A stretch of DNA of 64,000 nucleotides from a bacterium (GCA_028716385.1 JAQUPX010000004.1:49936-113935), one strand, 5' to 3'; counted from the stretch's first letter, positions 36,573 to 45,304 are shown. Notes: generated from the sequence alone by a model not told the origin. Program-made: numbers and translations.

Positions 36573-37364
36573 ATGAAAGATTTGAAAGTTGAACAGAAGT
36601 TTCATGACTCGAAAGTTCACTTATTCGTAGAAGATGAGGGCGAGAGTTTTTTTAAGATTCCACCGAAAAAAGCCATAAAAAACGATGTATGGCTTAAACA
36701 TTTTCCCGAAATATTGGGCGATTTGACCGGAAAATCCGTTTTGGATTGTGGTTGCGGGACCGGGGCTATCAGCGCGGCTTTAAGTCAGAACGGCGCTAAA
36801 GTGACGGCGTTTGATTTGTCCAATGGAATGCTGAAAGTTGCCCAGAAAAGGGCATCAAGCTGGAAACTTAATATTCCGGTTGTTGAATCTGCTTTTGAAA
36901 ACCTGCCTTTTAAGGATAATAGTTTTGATTTTGTAGTCGGATCTATGATTCTTCATCATACCGAACTTGAAAAAACAGTTAGCGAAATAAAAAGAGTACT
37001 AAAAAAAAACGGAAGAATATTGTTTTTAGAGACACAGTTAAGAAATGTGTTTTTACGGACGTTGGTAGAATCTCCGATTTATAAGATTAGATTTTTACGA
37101 CACGGTTCGCCTTGTGAGAAGCCATTAACGTTGAAGTCCTTAAAATATATAAAATCGGCATTTACGGGTGTCAGGTTTCACTACTTTTCGTTTATTTTTT
37201 TACAACTTATAGGGAGTATTATTGCAAGGCCTTTGAGGAAAACAATACTGGAAAAAATCGTTCTTTCGTTTTTTGTTGTCCCGGATGGGTTTGTTGGTAA
37301 ATATTTGCCGGCATTGAGGAAATATAGTTACTGGGTTATGGTGGAAGGGGAGAAGAGGAAATGA
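36573..37364 (+). CDS. Class I SAM-dependent methyltransferase
   Basis: VLDCGCGTGAISAAL motif I, DLSNGML, FDFVVGSMILHH. Confidence 0.75.
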   Translation: MKDLKVEQKFHDSKVHLFVEDEGESFFKIPPKKAIKNDVWLKHFPEILGDLTGKSVLDCGCGTGAISAALSQNGAKVTAFDLSNGMLKVAQKRASSWKLNIPVVESAFENLPFKDNSFDFVVGSMILHHTELEKTVSEIKRVLKKNGRILFLETQLRNVFLRTLVESPIYKIRFLRHGSPCEKPLTLKSLKYIKSAFTGVRFHYFSFIFLQLIGSIIARPLRKTILEKIVLSFFVVPDGFVGKYLPALRKYSYWVMVEGEKRK

Positions 37365-37510
37365 GGATTTTGGAATGTGGATTGCGCCTGCCTGCCGGTA
37401 GGCAGGGATTTTGGATTGGGGATTTGGCACGAAGTGACACCCCGCCCTGGCGGCGGTTAGAATTTGGATTTGAAATTAAAAGATTAAAACCACAGAGCAC
37501 AAAACAAAAA

Positions 37511-37567
37511 GTCCGGCTGAGCAGGATAACTTGGACTAATTTCCCTTGCGGAGCAAAGTCCAAGTAA
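37511..37567 (+). repeat. Hairpin repeat element copy B (stem ACTTGGACT / AGTCCAAGT)
   Basis: CCGGCTGAGCAGGATAACTTGGACTAATTTCCCTTGCGGAGCAAAGTCCAAGTAA. The G-to-C change in the 5' arm is compensated by C-to-G in the 3' arm relative to copy A. Confidence 0.7.
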
Positions 37568-37834
37568 ACCGCAGAGTTCGCAGAGAAAAGAATGATAGAC
37601 CTTCGTAATGGGGTATTCAGGAACTAGTTGTTACGGAAATAAAAATAGAAAATAGCGAAAAACCAAAGAAGCAGAAAAATAGCACAAATTGAATTTGTGC
37701 CTACAAACTACAAACCTTTATAAAAAAATTACTTACAGCGGGATATTACTACAAAGAATATTAGGAACATTTTTAGCAAATAGGTATAACAAAAATTAGT
37801 TGACAAATTAGTGCATTATGGTTTAAGTAGGATA

Positions 37835-39412
37835 ATGCAAAAGGTAACTTGTAATTTTTGTACCCTTGGCTGTGAAACCTCTTTGAATGAAAGCGATATA
37901 GGCGTCGTAGACATTAAATATTCAAAATCCGGCGCTAATGAGGGGAGACTTTGCAGTCGCGGGAATGCACTGCCTATTTATCTCTCCGCAAACCAGCGTT
38001 TAACTTCTCCTTTGAGAAACGGACAGGAGATTAACTGGAAAGATGCATTTAATGAAATTATATCGGCATTAAAGAATTATAAAGCTTCGGAAATCGCAAT
38101 CACTTATGATACGAATCTGACTATTGAAGAGTATTCACTGGTATCCGAGTTTGCAAAGATAAAAGGGATAACTAAACTGGCATCAAGTTACATTGAACCC
38201 GAACATTATTTTAATTATGTTTTGCCTGATGTTAAGATTGCGAATTTTGACGATGTAAAAGACAGCAAGACTTTCTTTATTATAGGGGATTTGTTCAGCC
38301 AGTTTCCGGTAATAGCGAAAGCCATACTTGACGTAAGATACTGCAGCAAACAAAACAGGATTTTCGTGCTGGATTCGTTTGTTACTTCTACGGCAGGTTT
38401 TGCCGATACTTTTATTAAAACGGATGTAGGTAAAGAGGCTCTTGTTCTGCTTGATATGGCTAATCTTGCTAAAGGCAAAACAGATGAATTAAAAGGCGGA
38501 ATAGAACATAGCGTTTTAAGCGGGGTGTTGAATTCGTTAAACGAAAGTGAAAAAGCGGTAGTAATAGCGAGCAATTCATTTGGAAAAACTACAGACCCGA
38601 TGGTATTTTCCGGGATGGCGCAGTATTTTGCTTCATCTTTGAAAGGCGATAAGAAATTTTTATGGCTTGGCGAATCGGCAAGCGTTCCCGGGAATGTTGA
38701 TTTTAGCGATATATTATCGGGCATTAAAAAGAAAGAAATAAAATGTTTATTAAATTTCGGAGCGATGTCTCCTGTGTATTATCCCCAGATATGGGATTAT
38801 TTAGACGAACTTGAGTTTATGGCTTCCACGGTTACGATGATGCCGGAACTTGCAAAAAATAGGCTTTCATATTTGTTTATGCCGACGACTTTGCTGACGG
38901 AAACCGGCGGTACTATAAAAACATTTTTCGATGGAGAAAAGAAAGTAATAAACGGAGTGAAACCCTTAAGCGGAACGAAATGCGTGGGAGAAATAGTGTA
39001 TGCGTTAGCAGAAAATAAGATTAGCGTAGTAAGCCCGGGGAAACCCGTCATTAAGGAATTGAATTTGGAAGAAGTCTTAAGCAGGGCGGCTAATATGGTT
39101 ATTCCGCAAGGGGATTACATACTTATGGGAGAAAAAACCGCATATCAGTTCAAAGGATTATTCTCCGAACCAATAGTTATAATGAATAGTCATAATGCAA
39201 AGAAATTAAAAGTAAAAGAAGGTTCAGTCGTTGAGATAAAATCTTCGGTAGGCGAAAGCGAATTCAAGGTTAATATTTCCGATAAAGTTCCTGAAAGAGT
39301 TTTACTTGTATCCACGGAATTACCGGAAGCAAGGTCATTATTTGAATTAAATATAAGTTCAGGTATTTGCGAGTTTCCACCGATTGAGGTGAGCGTATGC
39401 AAAAGAGATTAG
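37835..39412 (+). CDS. Short molybdopterin-oxidoreductase (MopB) family protein, formate-dehydrogenase/FwdBD-like
   Basis: N-terminal 4Fe-4S motif CNFCTLGCE...C. Molybdopterin-binding core (TFFIIGDLFSQFPV). C-terminal molydop-binding barrel (VIMNSHNAKKLKVKEGSVVEIKS..GESEFKV). ATG at 37835 preferred over the GTG at 37811. Confidence 0.65.
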   Translation: MQKVTCNFCTLGCETSLNESDIGVVDIKYSKSGANEGRLCSRGNALPIYLSANQRLTSPLRNGQEINWKDAFNEIISALKNYKASEIAITYDTNLTIEEYSLVSEFAKIKGITKLASSYIEPEHYFNYVLPDVKIANFDDVKDSKTFFIIGDLFSQFPVIAKAILDVRYCSKQNRIFVLDSFVTSTAGFADTFIKTDVGKEALVLLDMANLAKGKTDELKGGIEHSVLSGVLNSLNESEKAVVIASNSFGKTTDPMVFSGMAQYFASSLKGDKKFLWLGESASVPGNVDFSDILSGIKKKEIKCLLNFGAMSPVYYPQIWDYLDELEFMASTVTMMPELAKNRLSYLFMPTTLLTETGGTIKTFFDGEKKVINGVKPLSGTKCVGEIVYALAENKISVVSPGKPVIKELNLEEVLSRAANMVIPQGDYILMGEKTAYQFKGLFSEPIVIMNSHNAKKLKVKEGSVVEIKSSVGESEFKVNISDKVPERVLLVSTELPEARSLFELNISSGICEFPPIEVSVCKRD

Positions 39413-39864
39413 TCGTCGATTTAGATTACTGTATCGGTTGTAAAAGCTGTAGTTCAGCCTGTAAACTGACATTCAAGGGTGAAAACAGGATTGTCGTATC
39501 GGGCGTAGAAACCGTAGCTTATTTGCCGCTTGCTTGCAGACACTGCGAAGACGCATTATGTTTGAGAGCGTGTCCTAAAGAAGCGATAAGCAAGGACAAA
39601 GAAACCGGCATAGTAAGTCGTTCAAGTTTTAAGTGCGTGGGTTGTACGAGCTGCATATACGCATGTCCTTTCGGAGTTTTGGATTCTATGCTTTTGAGAC
39701 ATATACCTGATAAATGTAATTTATGTAAAGGCGATGAGGATGGACCGAATTGCGTATCGAGTTGTCCTACGGGCGCATTGAAATTCTTAACGGATGAAGA
39801 AATAACGAAGGTTCAGGTTGGAAAGCAATTTGTGTCACGGTTGGCATTCTGGAGGCGTAAATGA
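39397..39864 (+). CDS. 4Fe-4S ferredoxin-type electron-transfer subunit (HycB/DmsB-like, four cluster motifs)
   Basis: CIGCKSCSSAC, CRHCEDALCLRACP, CVGCTSCIYACP, CNLCKGDEDGPNCVSSCP. 16-nt overlap with the upstream gene. Confidence 0.85.
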   Translation: MQKRLVVDLDYCIGCKSCSSACKLTFKGENRIVVSGVETVAYLPLACRHCEDALCLRACPKEAISKDKETGIVSRSSFKCVGCTSCIYACPFGVLDSMLLRHIPDKCNLCKGDEDGPNCVSSCPTGALKFLTDEEITKVQVGKQFVSRLAFWRRK

Positions 39865-40268
39865 ATAAATGGGCATTAAAGAAATCGATATGGGTATTTC
39901 ATTTTGCGGCGGCATCCTGTAATAATTGTGATATAGAGATACTTGATACGTTAACTCCAAGATTTGACTTAGAGAGATTCGGTATAAAATTAGTCGGTTC
40001 CATCAAGCATGCAGACGTGATGCTTGTAACGGGGTCATTAACTTTAAAAACTAAAGACAGGCTTATGAGAATTTACGAACAGATGCCGCAGCCGGGTTTA
40101 GTTGTAGCGATTGGCGGATGCGCGTGTTCCGGTGGTATGTTTGCGGATGCATATTCCGTAGTAGGACCATTTGACAAATGGGTGCCTGTTTCTGCGTATA
40201 TTCCCGGTTGTCCCCCAAAGCCCGAAGCTATGATAGCAGGGATAGTAAAGTTGCTGAATACGCTTTAA
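39861..40268 (+). CDS. NuoB / group-4 [NiFe]-hydrogenase small-subunit-like protein (HycG/MbhJ/EchC type)
   Basis: All four N2-type cluster ligand contexts are present: SCNNCDIE, GGCACSGG, IPGCPPKPE. 135 aa. ATGA overlap with the upstream gene. Confidence 0.8.
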   Translation: MNKWALKKSIWVFHFAAASCNNCDIEILDTLTPRFDLERFGIKLVGSIKHADVMLVTGSLTLKTKDRLMRIYEQMPQPGLVVAIGGCACSGGMFADAYSVVGPFDKWVPVSAYIPGCPPKPEAMIAGIVKLLNTL

Positions 40269-40525
40269 TAAAGGGCGAGAAGAAAATTCAGACAAGAACC
40301 ACAAAAGAGAAACCACCTACCAAACAGACTGGCAGGCAGGCAAGATTACACAAGATTTCCACAAGAAAAAACAGAAAAATACAAAAAATTAGCCACGGAT
40401 AAAAGACACGGATTTTCACGGATAAAAAGGGATTAAGACAGAAACCCAAATAACAAAAGGAGCAAAAAATGGAAAATAGGACAGGATTAACAGAAAAGAG
40501 AGGAAAGAGTAAACAAAGAAAAGGA
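40269..40525 (+). repeat. T-poor purine/cytosine low-complexity tract with CACGGAT-type words
   Basis: AGCCACGGATAAAAGACACGGATTTTCACGGATAAAAAG, GGCAGGCAGGCAAG, long A/G runs. Related tracts at 30062-30235, 36340-36560 and 37470-37600. Confidence 0.7.
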
Positions 40526-42004
40526 TTAGCCGCAGTTGATGAATTTTTCTATGTATTTTTGAATGTCTTCAGGAGTAGTACCCAAATCTTTATCGTCAAA
40601 AGATTCAAGTTGTTTTATTAATCCGTCAATGATTTTCTGACTGAAGACATTATGTTCAATGTAAATACTTTCCTGTTTTTTTAGTCTTTGCGCGGATTCT
40701 TTGCAGGAGACGGGAAGATGTTTTAGTTCATTTCGTTTTTCACTTTTGAATATGTTCTTATCAACATAAAGGTCTTGAGTTGTTTGTAAGGAAGTATCGT
40801 TCATTAAACCGTGTCTTGCAGCGACTGCAATACCTGCGAGTAAAAGGTGTATGTTCGCCGAACCGTCAGGTGAGCGGAGTTCAAACGTTTGTTTTTCCGG
40901 GCAAGCCGTTGATTTTGTCGTATCGTGTTTATTGACTTGTTTGCTCATAGAGTTTTTTAATGCCCAGCCGAGCGGAATCCTGATAAGAGCAGATCTGTTT
41001 TTTTCGCCCCAGCAGATGTATGTGGGAGCTTCCTGGTGAGGAACCAATCGCATATAAGAAATCGGGTTTGTATTCCCGAAAGCGGTAAGACTTGGAGATA
41101 ATTCCAATAATCCGCCAATAATTTTTTTAGCGGCAATGCTTAGTTTTCCGTTGTTGTCGAGAGTAATATTTTTGTTGTTTTTAACGGCTTCAATATGAAT
41201 ATGTAAACCTGTTCCTGCATGATTGAAAGCTAATTTAGGAGCAAAGGTAATCCCGACTCCGTATTTTGCGGAGATATTTCGCATAATCCATTTGGCAATA
41301 ACGATATGGTCTGCCATATCTTCAAGAGGTTCGGGGAGAAATTCAATTTCATACTGCTCAAAGCTTTTCCCGCTTAACGTTATGTTCCCGACTTCGGAAT
41401 GTGCATATTTTACTTTGGCTCCGATAGATGAGATAGTGTGAAGAATTTCGTCTCTCATATCCCCGAATTTTACGAAAGGAGAGCTTTCGTGGTAGTTTTT
41501 TTGAGGGATTCCGGGAAACCGGTCGTTTTCTTTTTTGTCAAATATGATATAATATTCAAGTTCGCCGAGTGTATTAAGAGAAATCCCGGTATGCTTTTTC
41601 AGTTGTTCGTGAGCTTTTTTTACGATGTATTCGGGAGCGATATCAAGTTCTTTCCCGTTGGAATCAAAATAGGAGCATAGAATATTCAGAGTTGGCAATG
41701 AGCTAAAAGGGTTCAAAAAGGCAGTTTTGAAGCGAGGAACGACATACACGTCACTGTTAGCGGAATCTATGTATGAGAATAAACTTGACCCATCAACTCT
41801 TTCCCCATATTCCAATAATTCGTTAAGGTGAGATTCGTTATTTATGGCGAAACTAAGGGTTTTGAGTTTTCCGTCCCCGCCTACATAATTAAAATTTAAC
41901 ATAGGGATATTATTATCTTTTATGAATTTTATGATATCTTTTTTAGTAAATTCCTTGCGTGGTTTTTTTATAGAACAGACTAATTTATCGGCGTTTAACT
42001 GCAT
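40526..42004 (-). CDS. Glutamine synthetase family protein (divergent GlnA-like)
   Basis: GS catalytic-domain motifs: MADHIVIAKWIMRNISAKYGVGITFAPK, NHAGTGLHIHI, NRSALIRIP. The ATG at 42004 has a GGAGGG SD (track start at 42031 less likely). Confidence 0.75.
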   Translation of the reverse strand: MQLNADKLVCSIKKPRKEFTKKDIIKFIKDNNIPMLNFNYVGGDGKLKTLSFAINNESHLNELLEYGERVDGSSLFSYIDSANSDVYVVPRFKTAFLNPFSSLPTLNILCSYFDSNGKELDIAPEYIVKKAHEQLKKHTGISLNTLGELEYYIIFDKKENDRFPGIPQKNYHESSPFVKFGDMRDEILHTISSIGAKVKYAHSEVGNITLSGKSFEQYEIEFLPEPLEDMADHIVIAKWIMRNISAKYGVGITFAPKLAFNHAGTGLHIHIEAVKNNKNITLDNNGKLSIAAKKIIGGLLELSPSLTAFGNTNPISYMRLVPHQEAPTYICWGEKNRSALIRIPLGWALKNSMSKQVNKHDTTKSTACPEKQTFELRSPDGSANIHLLLAGIAVAARHGLMNDTSLQTTQDLYVDKNIFKSEKRNELKHLPVSCKESAQRLKKQESIYIEHNVFSQKIIDGLIKQLESFDDKDLGTTPEDIQKYIEKFINCG

Positions 42005-42073
42005 TTTATCCCTCCAATTTGCTTTGTCCACTAGCTAAGTCGGAATTAGATATTTAAGTAGACAGTGTTTTGT

Positions 42074-42129
42074 ATAATAAGTATTTTAGGGGAGTTGTCA
42101 AATGATTTTTGATTAAATAGAAAATCATT
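42074..42129 (-). promoter_or_regulatory. Putative promoter of the GS-like gene (TTGACA-N16-TATTAT) with an adjoining 9-bp inverted repeat
   Basis: Minus-strand TTGACA at 42096-42101 and TATTAT at 42074-42079. AATGATTTT (42101-42109) / AAAATCATT (42121-42129) lies immediately upstream of the -35. Confidence 0.4.
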
Positions 42130-42208
42130 ATCCGGTGATAACAGACTCTAAAATCGTATTGCGCAAGATAAGGGTAAAAGAATTACTTGCCGTACGATTG
42201 ATATCTAT

Positions 42209-43735
42209 TTACTTCATCAAAATTAACTTTTTTGTCGTCTTGGAAGTGCCGGTGGAAAGGGTTAGGAAATAGACTCCTGTTTTTAGTTCTTTTGCGTTTA
42301 GTGTTGTGCTATAAGTGCCTGCCAATTTCTGTTCATTCACAAGCGTTTTTATATAATTACCTGATATGTCGTATATTATGAGTGAGACTTTTGATTTAAC
42401 AGATAAGGAATACGTAATGAGTGTGGATTGAGTAAACGGGTCAGGTTGGTTTTGAAGCGTTATGGATTGTGCTTTTTTATGTATTTCCTCTATACCTGCT
42501 CCATCCCCTACTTTTATAAGATAAACATCGTAACCGCCTGCGCCGTAAGAGGAAGTTTCCCCGACGATGATATACCCGCCATCAGTGGTTTGCTGTGTAC
42601 AATGTCCCCAATCGTCTTTAGTCCCACCATAGACTTTTGTCCACATAGTATCTCCCAACAGGTCTGTTTTCAGAACCCATAGGTCTTTTTGTGTCCCGGA
42701 CAAGCTAATTCCTCCGGTCAGGATATACCCGCTATCCGAGGTTTGATTGACAGACTCAAGTAAATCATACTCGGTCCCACCATAAGTCTTTGTCCATAAT
42801 GTATTTCCGATTGAATTTGTTTTGACAAGGTAGGCATCAGCGTAACCTGCACCGAAAGAGTAAGTTCCGCCGGCTATGATATATCCGCCATCATTAGTTT
42901 GCCGGACGGAAAATCCATAATCATCTAGAGTTGTTCCGCCATAAGTTTTAGTCCACGATGTGTCACCTGAAGCGTTTAATTTTAGAAACAAAACATTTGC
43001 GAAACCTATCCCGTAAGCAAGAGCCGTTTCTCCGGTAATAATATAGCCACCGTCAGAGGTTTGACGGACAGAATAGCCACAATCAATGCCGGTCATACCG
43101 TAAGTTTTTGTCCATAGGACGTTTCCCGACGAGTTTGTTTTTATAATATAAACAGTGCCATTAACACCATAAGAATAAGTTCCTCCGCTAATTATATAAC
43201 CGCCATCTTGAGTTTGTTGAACGGATTCGCCCCAATCAGTACTGGTTCCACCGTAAGTTTTTGTCCATAGAGTATCCCCCGAAGAATTGGTTTTTATAAG
43301 GTAGACATCGCTATTTCCTGCACCGTAAGAATCAGTATATCCGGTAATTATGTAGCCATTATCAGTGGTTTGCTGTACCGAATTTCCACAATCATCCTTA
43401 ATCCCGCCGTAAGCTCTTGTCCATAGCGTGTCGCCAATCGGGCTGGTCTTTATCAGGTAAACATCTTTATATCCTGCGCCATAAGAATAAGTTTCTCCTG
43501 TAATTATATATCCGCTATCAGAGGTTTGCTGGACGCAATATCCTTTATCGTTTTTGGTCCCACCGTAAGTTTTTGTCCATGTTGTTCCGGGGGCACAAAT
43601 AAGCGAATTTATTTTTACAAAATACAAAACTATTCCTATTAATATTAATGTAACCGTTGAACGATTATTGAAAATACGAATCCATAGTTGACGTGGTATG
43701 AAATTTGACGAGCGGAATATAAATTGTTTTAACAT
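42209..43735 (-). CDS. Secreted repeat protein (about eight ~48-aa TKTYGG...DGGYII repeats) with T9SS-type C-terminal sorting domain
   Basis: Repeating unit LWTKTYGGT..D.G.SV.QT.DGGYII.G.T.SYGAG..D.YLIKT...GDT. C-terminal DPFTQSTLITY...IYD..G...GVYFLTLSTGTSKTTKKLILMK. Confidence 0.7.
   Translation of the reverse strand: MLKQFIFRSSNFIPRQLWIRIFNNRSTVTLILIGIVLYFVKINSLICAPGTTWTKTYGGTKNDKGYCVQQTSDSGYIITGETYSYGAGYKDVYLIKTSPIGDTLWTRAYGGIKDDCGNSVQQTTDNGYIITGYTDSYGAGNSDVYLIKTNSSGDTLWTKTYGGTSTDWGESVQQTQDGGYIISGGTYSYGVNGTVYIIKTNSSGNVLWTKTYGMTGIDCGYSVRQTSDGGYIITGETALAYGIGFANVLFLKLNASGDTSWTKTYGGTTLDDYGFSVRQTNDGGYIIAGGTYSFGAGYADAYLVKTNSIGNTLWTKTYGGTEYDLLESVNQTSDSGYILTGGISLSGTQKDLWVLKTDLLGDTMWTKVYGGTKDDWGHCTQQTTDGGYIIVGETSSYGAGGYDVYLIKVGDGAGIEEIHKKAQSITLQNQPDPFTQSTLITYSLSVKSKVSLIIYDISGNYIKTLVNEQKLAGTYSTTLNAKELKTGVYFLTLSTGTSKTTKKLILMK
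42490..43585 (-). repeat. Tandem coding repeats (~144 nt unit, about 8 copies) within the TKTYGG-repeat gene
   Basis: Recurrent ACCGCCATAAGTTTTTGTCCA(T/C)A... blocks on the plus strand. Confidence 0.8.
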
Positions 43736-43919
43736 TCAAACCTCCTGAATTATTTAACATCCTTATCGTTAAAGCTTACATAAATTGAATACATTGAATG
43801 AGAGTTTTTGTCAAGGGATTTTTCCAGAATGACATGGCTTAGGAAATGATTTGTGTAAATGTCCGAAGTTTGAGGTTGAAAAAATAAAAAGCAAAAAGAG
43901 AATAAAAAACGGAGAAAAA

Positions 43920-45302
43920 TTATCTGTTATGTTTTTTGAGGAATTCGGTGATTTCGGGGAGACCACCCTGGTAGATTAGATACCCATCATAAGGTTCTCT
44001 GGTTGTGATTTCGCCTGCTATCGGGGTGAGCATCATTTTTTTTACTTTTTCCAGATTTTTTGTTTGTCCCAAAACCCACCCGAGTTTGACATAAGCTACT
44101 TCGGGAAGCATATTTGCGGCAGGAACAATTCCCATATCCATTAAATCCCTTCCGGTATCATAAACATACATCTGAACATATCCCCAGAGCGTTTGAACGG
44201 TCATATATACGGCAATACCTTTTTTGCAGGCTCTTTTTATTGGTTCATAAAGCGGTTTGTTGACGTGTCCAAGCCCGGTTCCGGCAATGATTATTCCTTT
44301 GTAATCGTGGTCGATAAGCGATTCAATGATGTCGGGTTTCATATTTGGATAATAATATACGATAGAGACTTTTTCTTCGAAAGCAGTGTTGATGGTTACT
44401 TTCTTGTCTTTCCGCCTGTGATTGTAATCGGTTTTTAACGGAGTGATTTTGTCGTTATCAACAAGCGCAAGAGGAATGTCACCGATAGTCCTGAAAGTTG
44501 ACCTGTAGGAAGAGTGCATTTTTCTGACACGTGTTCCGCGGTGGAGTAAGCCGTATTCATCGCTTGTAGGGCCAAACATACAAACCATTACTTCGGCGAT
44601 GTCGGATTCGGCGGCGGTTTTTGTCGCGTGCATCAAATTGAGCGCAGCATCGGAAGAAGGCCTGTCGGAGGAGCGCTGAGAACCAACCATTACTATGGGG
44701 ACGGGAGAATTTTGTACCATAAAAGAAAGAATAGCGGCGGTATGGTGCATAGTATCGGTTCCGTGACCGATAACAATACCGTCAATGCCTTTTTTGATTT
44801 CTTTTCCGATGGCTTCGGCAGTACCTCTCCATTGGTCGGGACCCATATTTTCGCTAAACACGCCGTAAAGTTTTTCCGTATTCAGGTTGCAAATATCAGC
44901 GAGTTCGGGAACGGAGCCGTAAAGTTCGCCGGGAGAGAAAGCAGGTATAACGGCACCTGTTCTGTAATCGAGTCTGCTTGCGATAGTTCCGCCCGTGCCG
45001 AGAAGTTTTACATTAGGTTTTTTAGGGTCATAAGGAAATTCTTTTTCGGGAATTTTGTAAATGGCTTCTTTGTAGGACATCTCTTTAATTCGTTTTATGG
45101 TATCAACGGCAAGACCGACATTATAACCGGTACGAAGTTTTACAACGATATGTTTGTCATCTGCGGTTTCGGACCTCGGCAGGATAATTCCGATAAATTC
45201 TCCACGGGTGGAATCTATTACGACATCGCTCCAGACACGAACTTTATGTTCGATAAGGGTGTCCTTGGCTTTTCCCCGATAACCTTTATAATCGTCTGCC
45301 AT
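43920..45302 (-). CDS. gatD: Glutamyl-tRNA(Gln) amidotransferase subunit D (archaeal-type, asparaginase-like)
   Basis: N-terminal GatD domain (GIILPRSETADDKHIVVKLRTGYNVGL). Asparaginase motifs LGTGGTIASRLDYRTGAV and HGTDTMHHTAA. Confidence 0.85.
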   Translation of the reverse strand: MADDYKGYRGKAKDTLIEHKVRVWSDVVIDSTRGEFIGIILPRSETADDKHIVVKLRTGYNVGLAVDTIKRIKEMSYKEAIYKIPEKEFPYDPKKPNVKLLGTGGTIASRLDYRTGAVIPAFSPGELYGSVPELADICNLNTEKLYGVFSENMGPDQWRGTAEAIGKEIKKGIDGIVIGHGTDTMHHTAAILSFMVQNSPVPIVMVGSQRSSDRPSSDAALNLMHATKTAAESDIAEVMVCMFGPTSDEYGLLHRGTRVRKMHSSYRSTFRTIGDIPLALVDNDKITPLKTDYNHRRKDKKVTINTAFEEKVSIVYYYPNMKPDIIESLIDHDYKGIIIAGTGLGHVNKPLYEPIKRACKKGIAVYMTVQTLWGYVQMYVYDTGRDLMDMGIVPAANMLPEVAYVKLGWVLGQTKNLEKVKKMMLTPIAGEITTREPYDGYLIYQGGLPEITEFLKKHNR

Positions 45303-45304
45303 AG

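Noticed and set aside
37200-37567. Three overlapping ORFs (37200-37430 minus, 37336-37563 minus, 37361-37567 plus) in the spacer after the methyltransferase
   Set aside because: The region is a mosaic of small GC hairpins and simple repeats (GGATTTTGGATTGGGGATTTGG, CCTGCC...GGCAGG, hairpin copy B). The ORFs are mutually exclusive and lack SDs.
40178-40402. 74-aa plus-strand ORF running out of the NuoB-like gene into the spacer
   Set aside because: It is out of frame with the real gene, and it stays open only because the T-poor tract cannot form stop codons.
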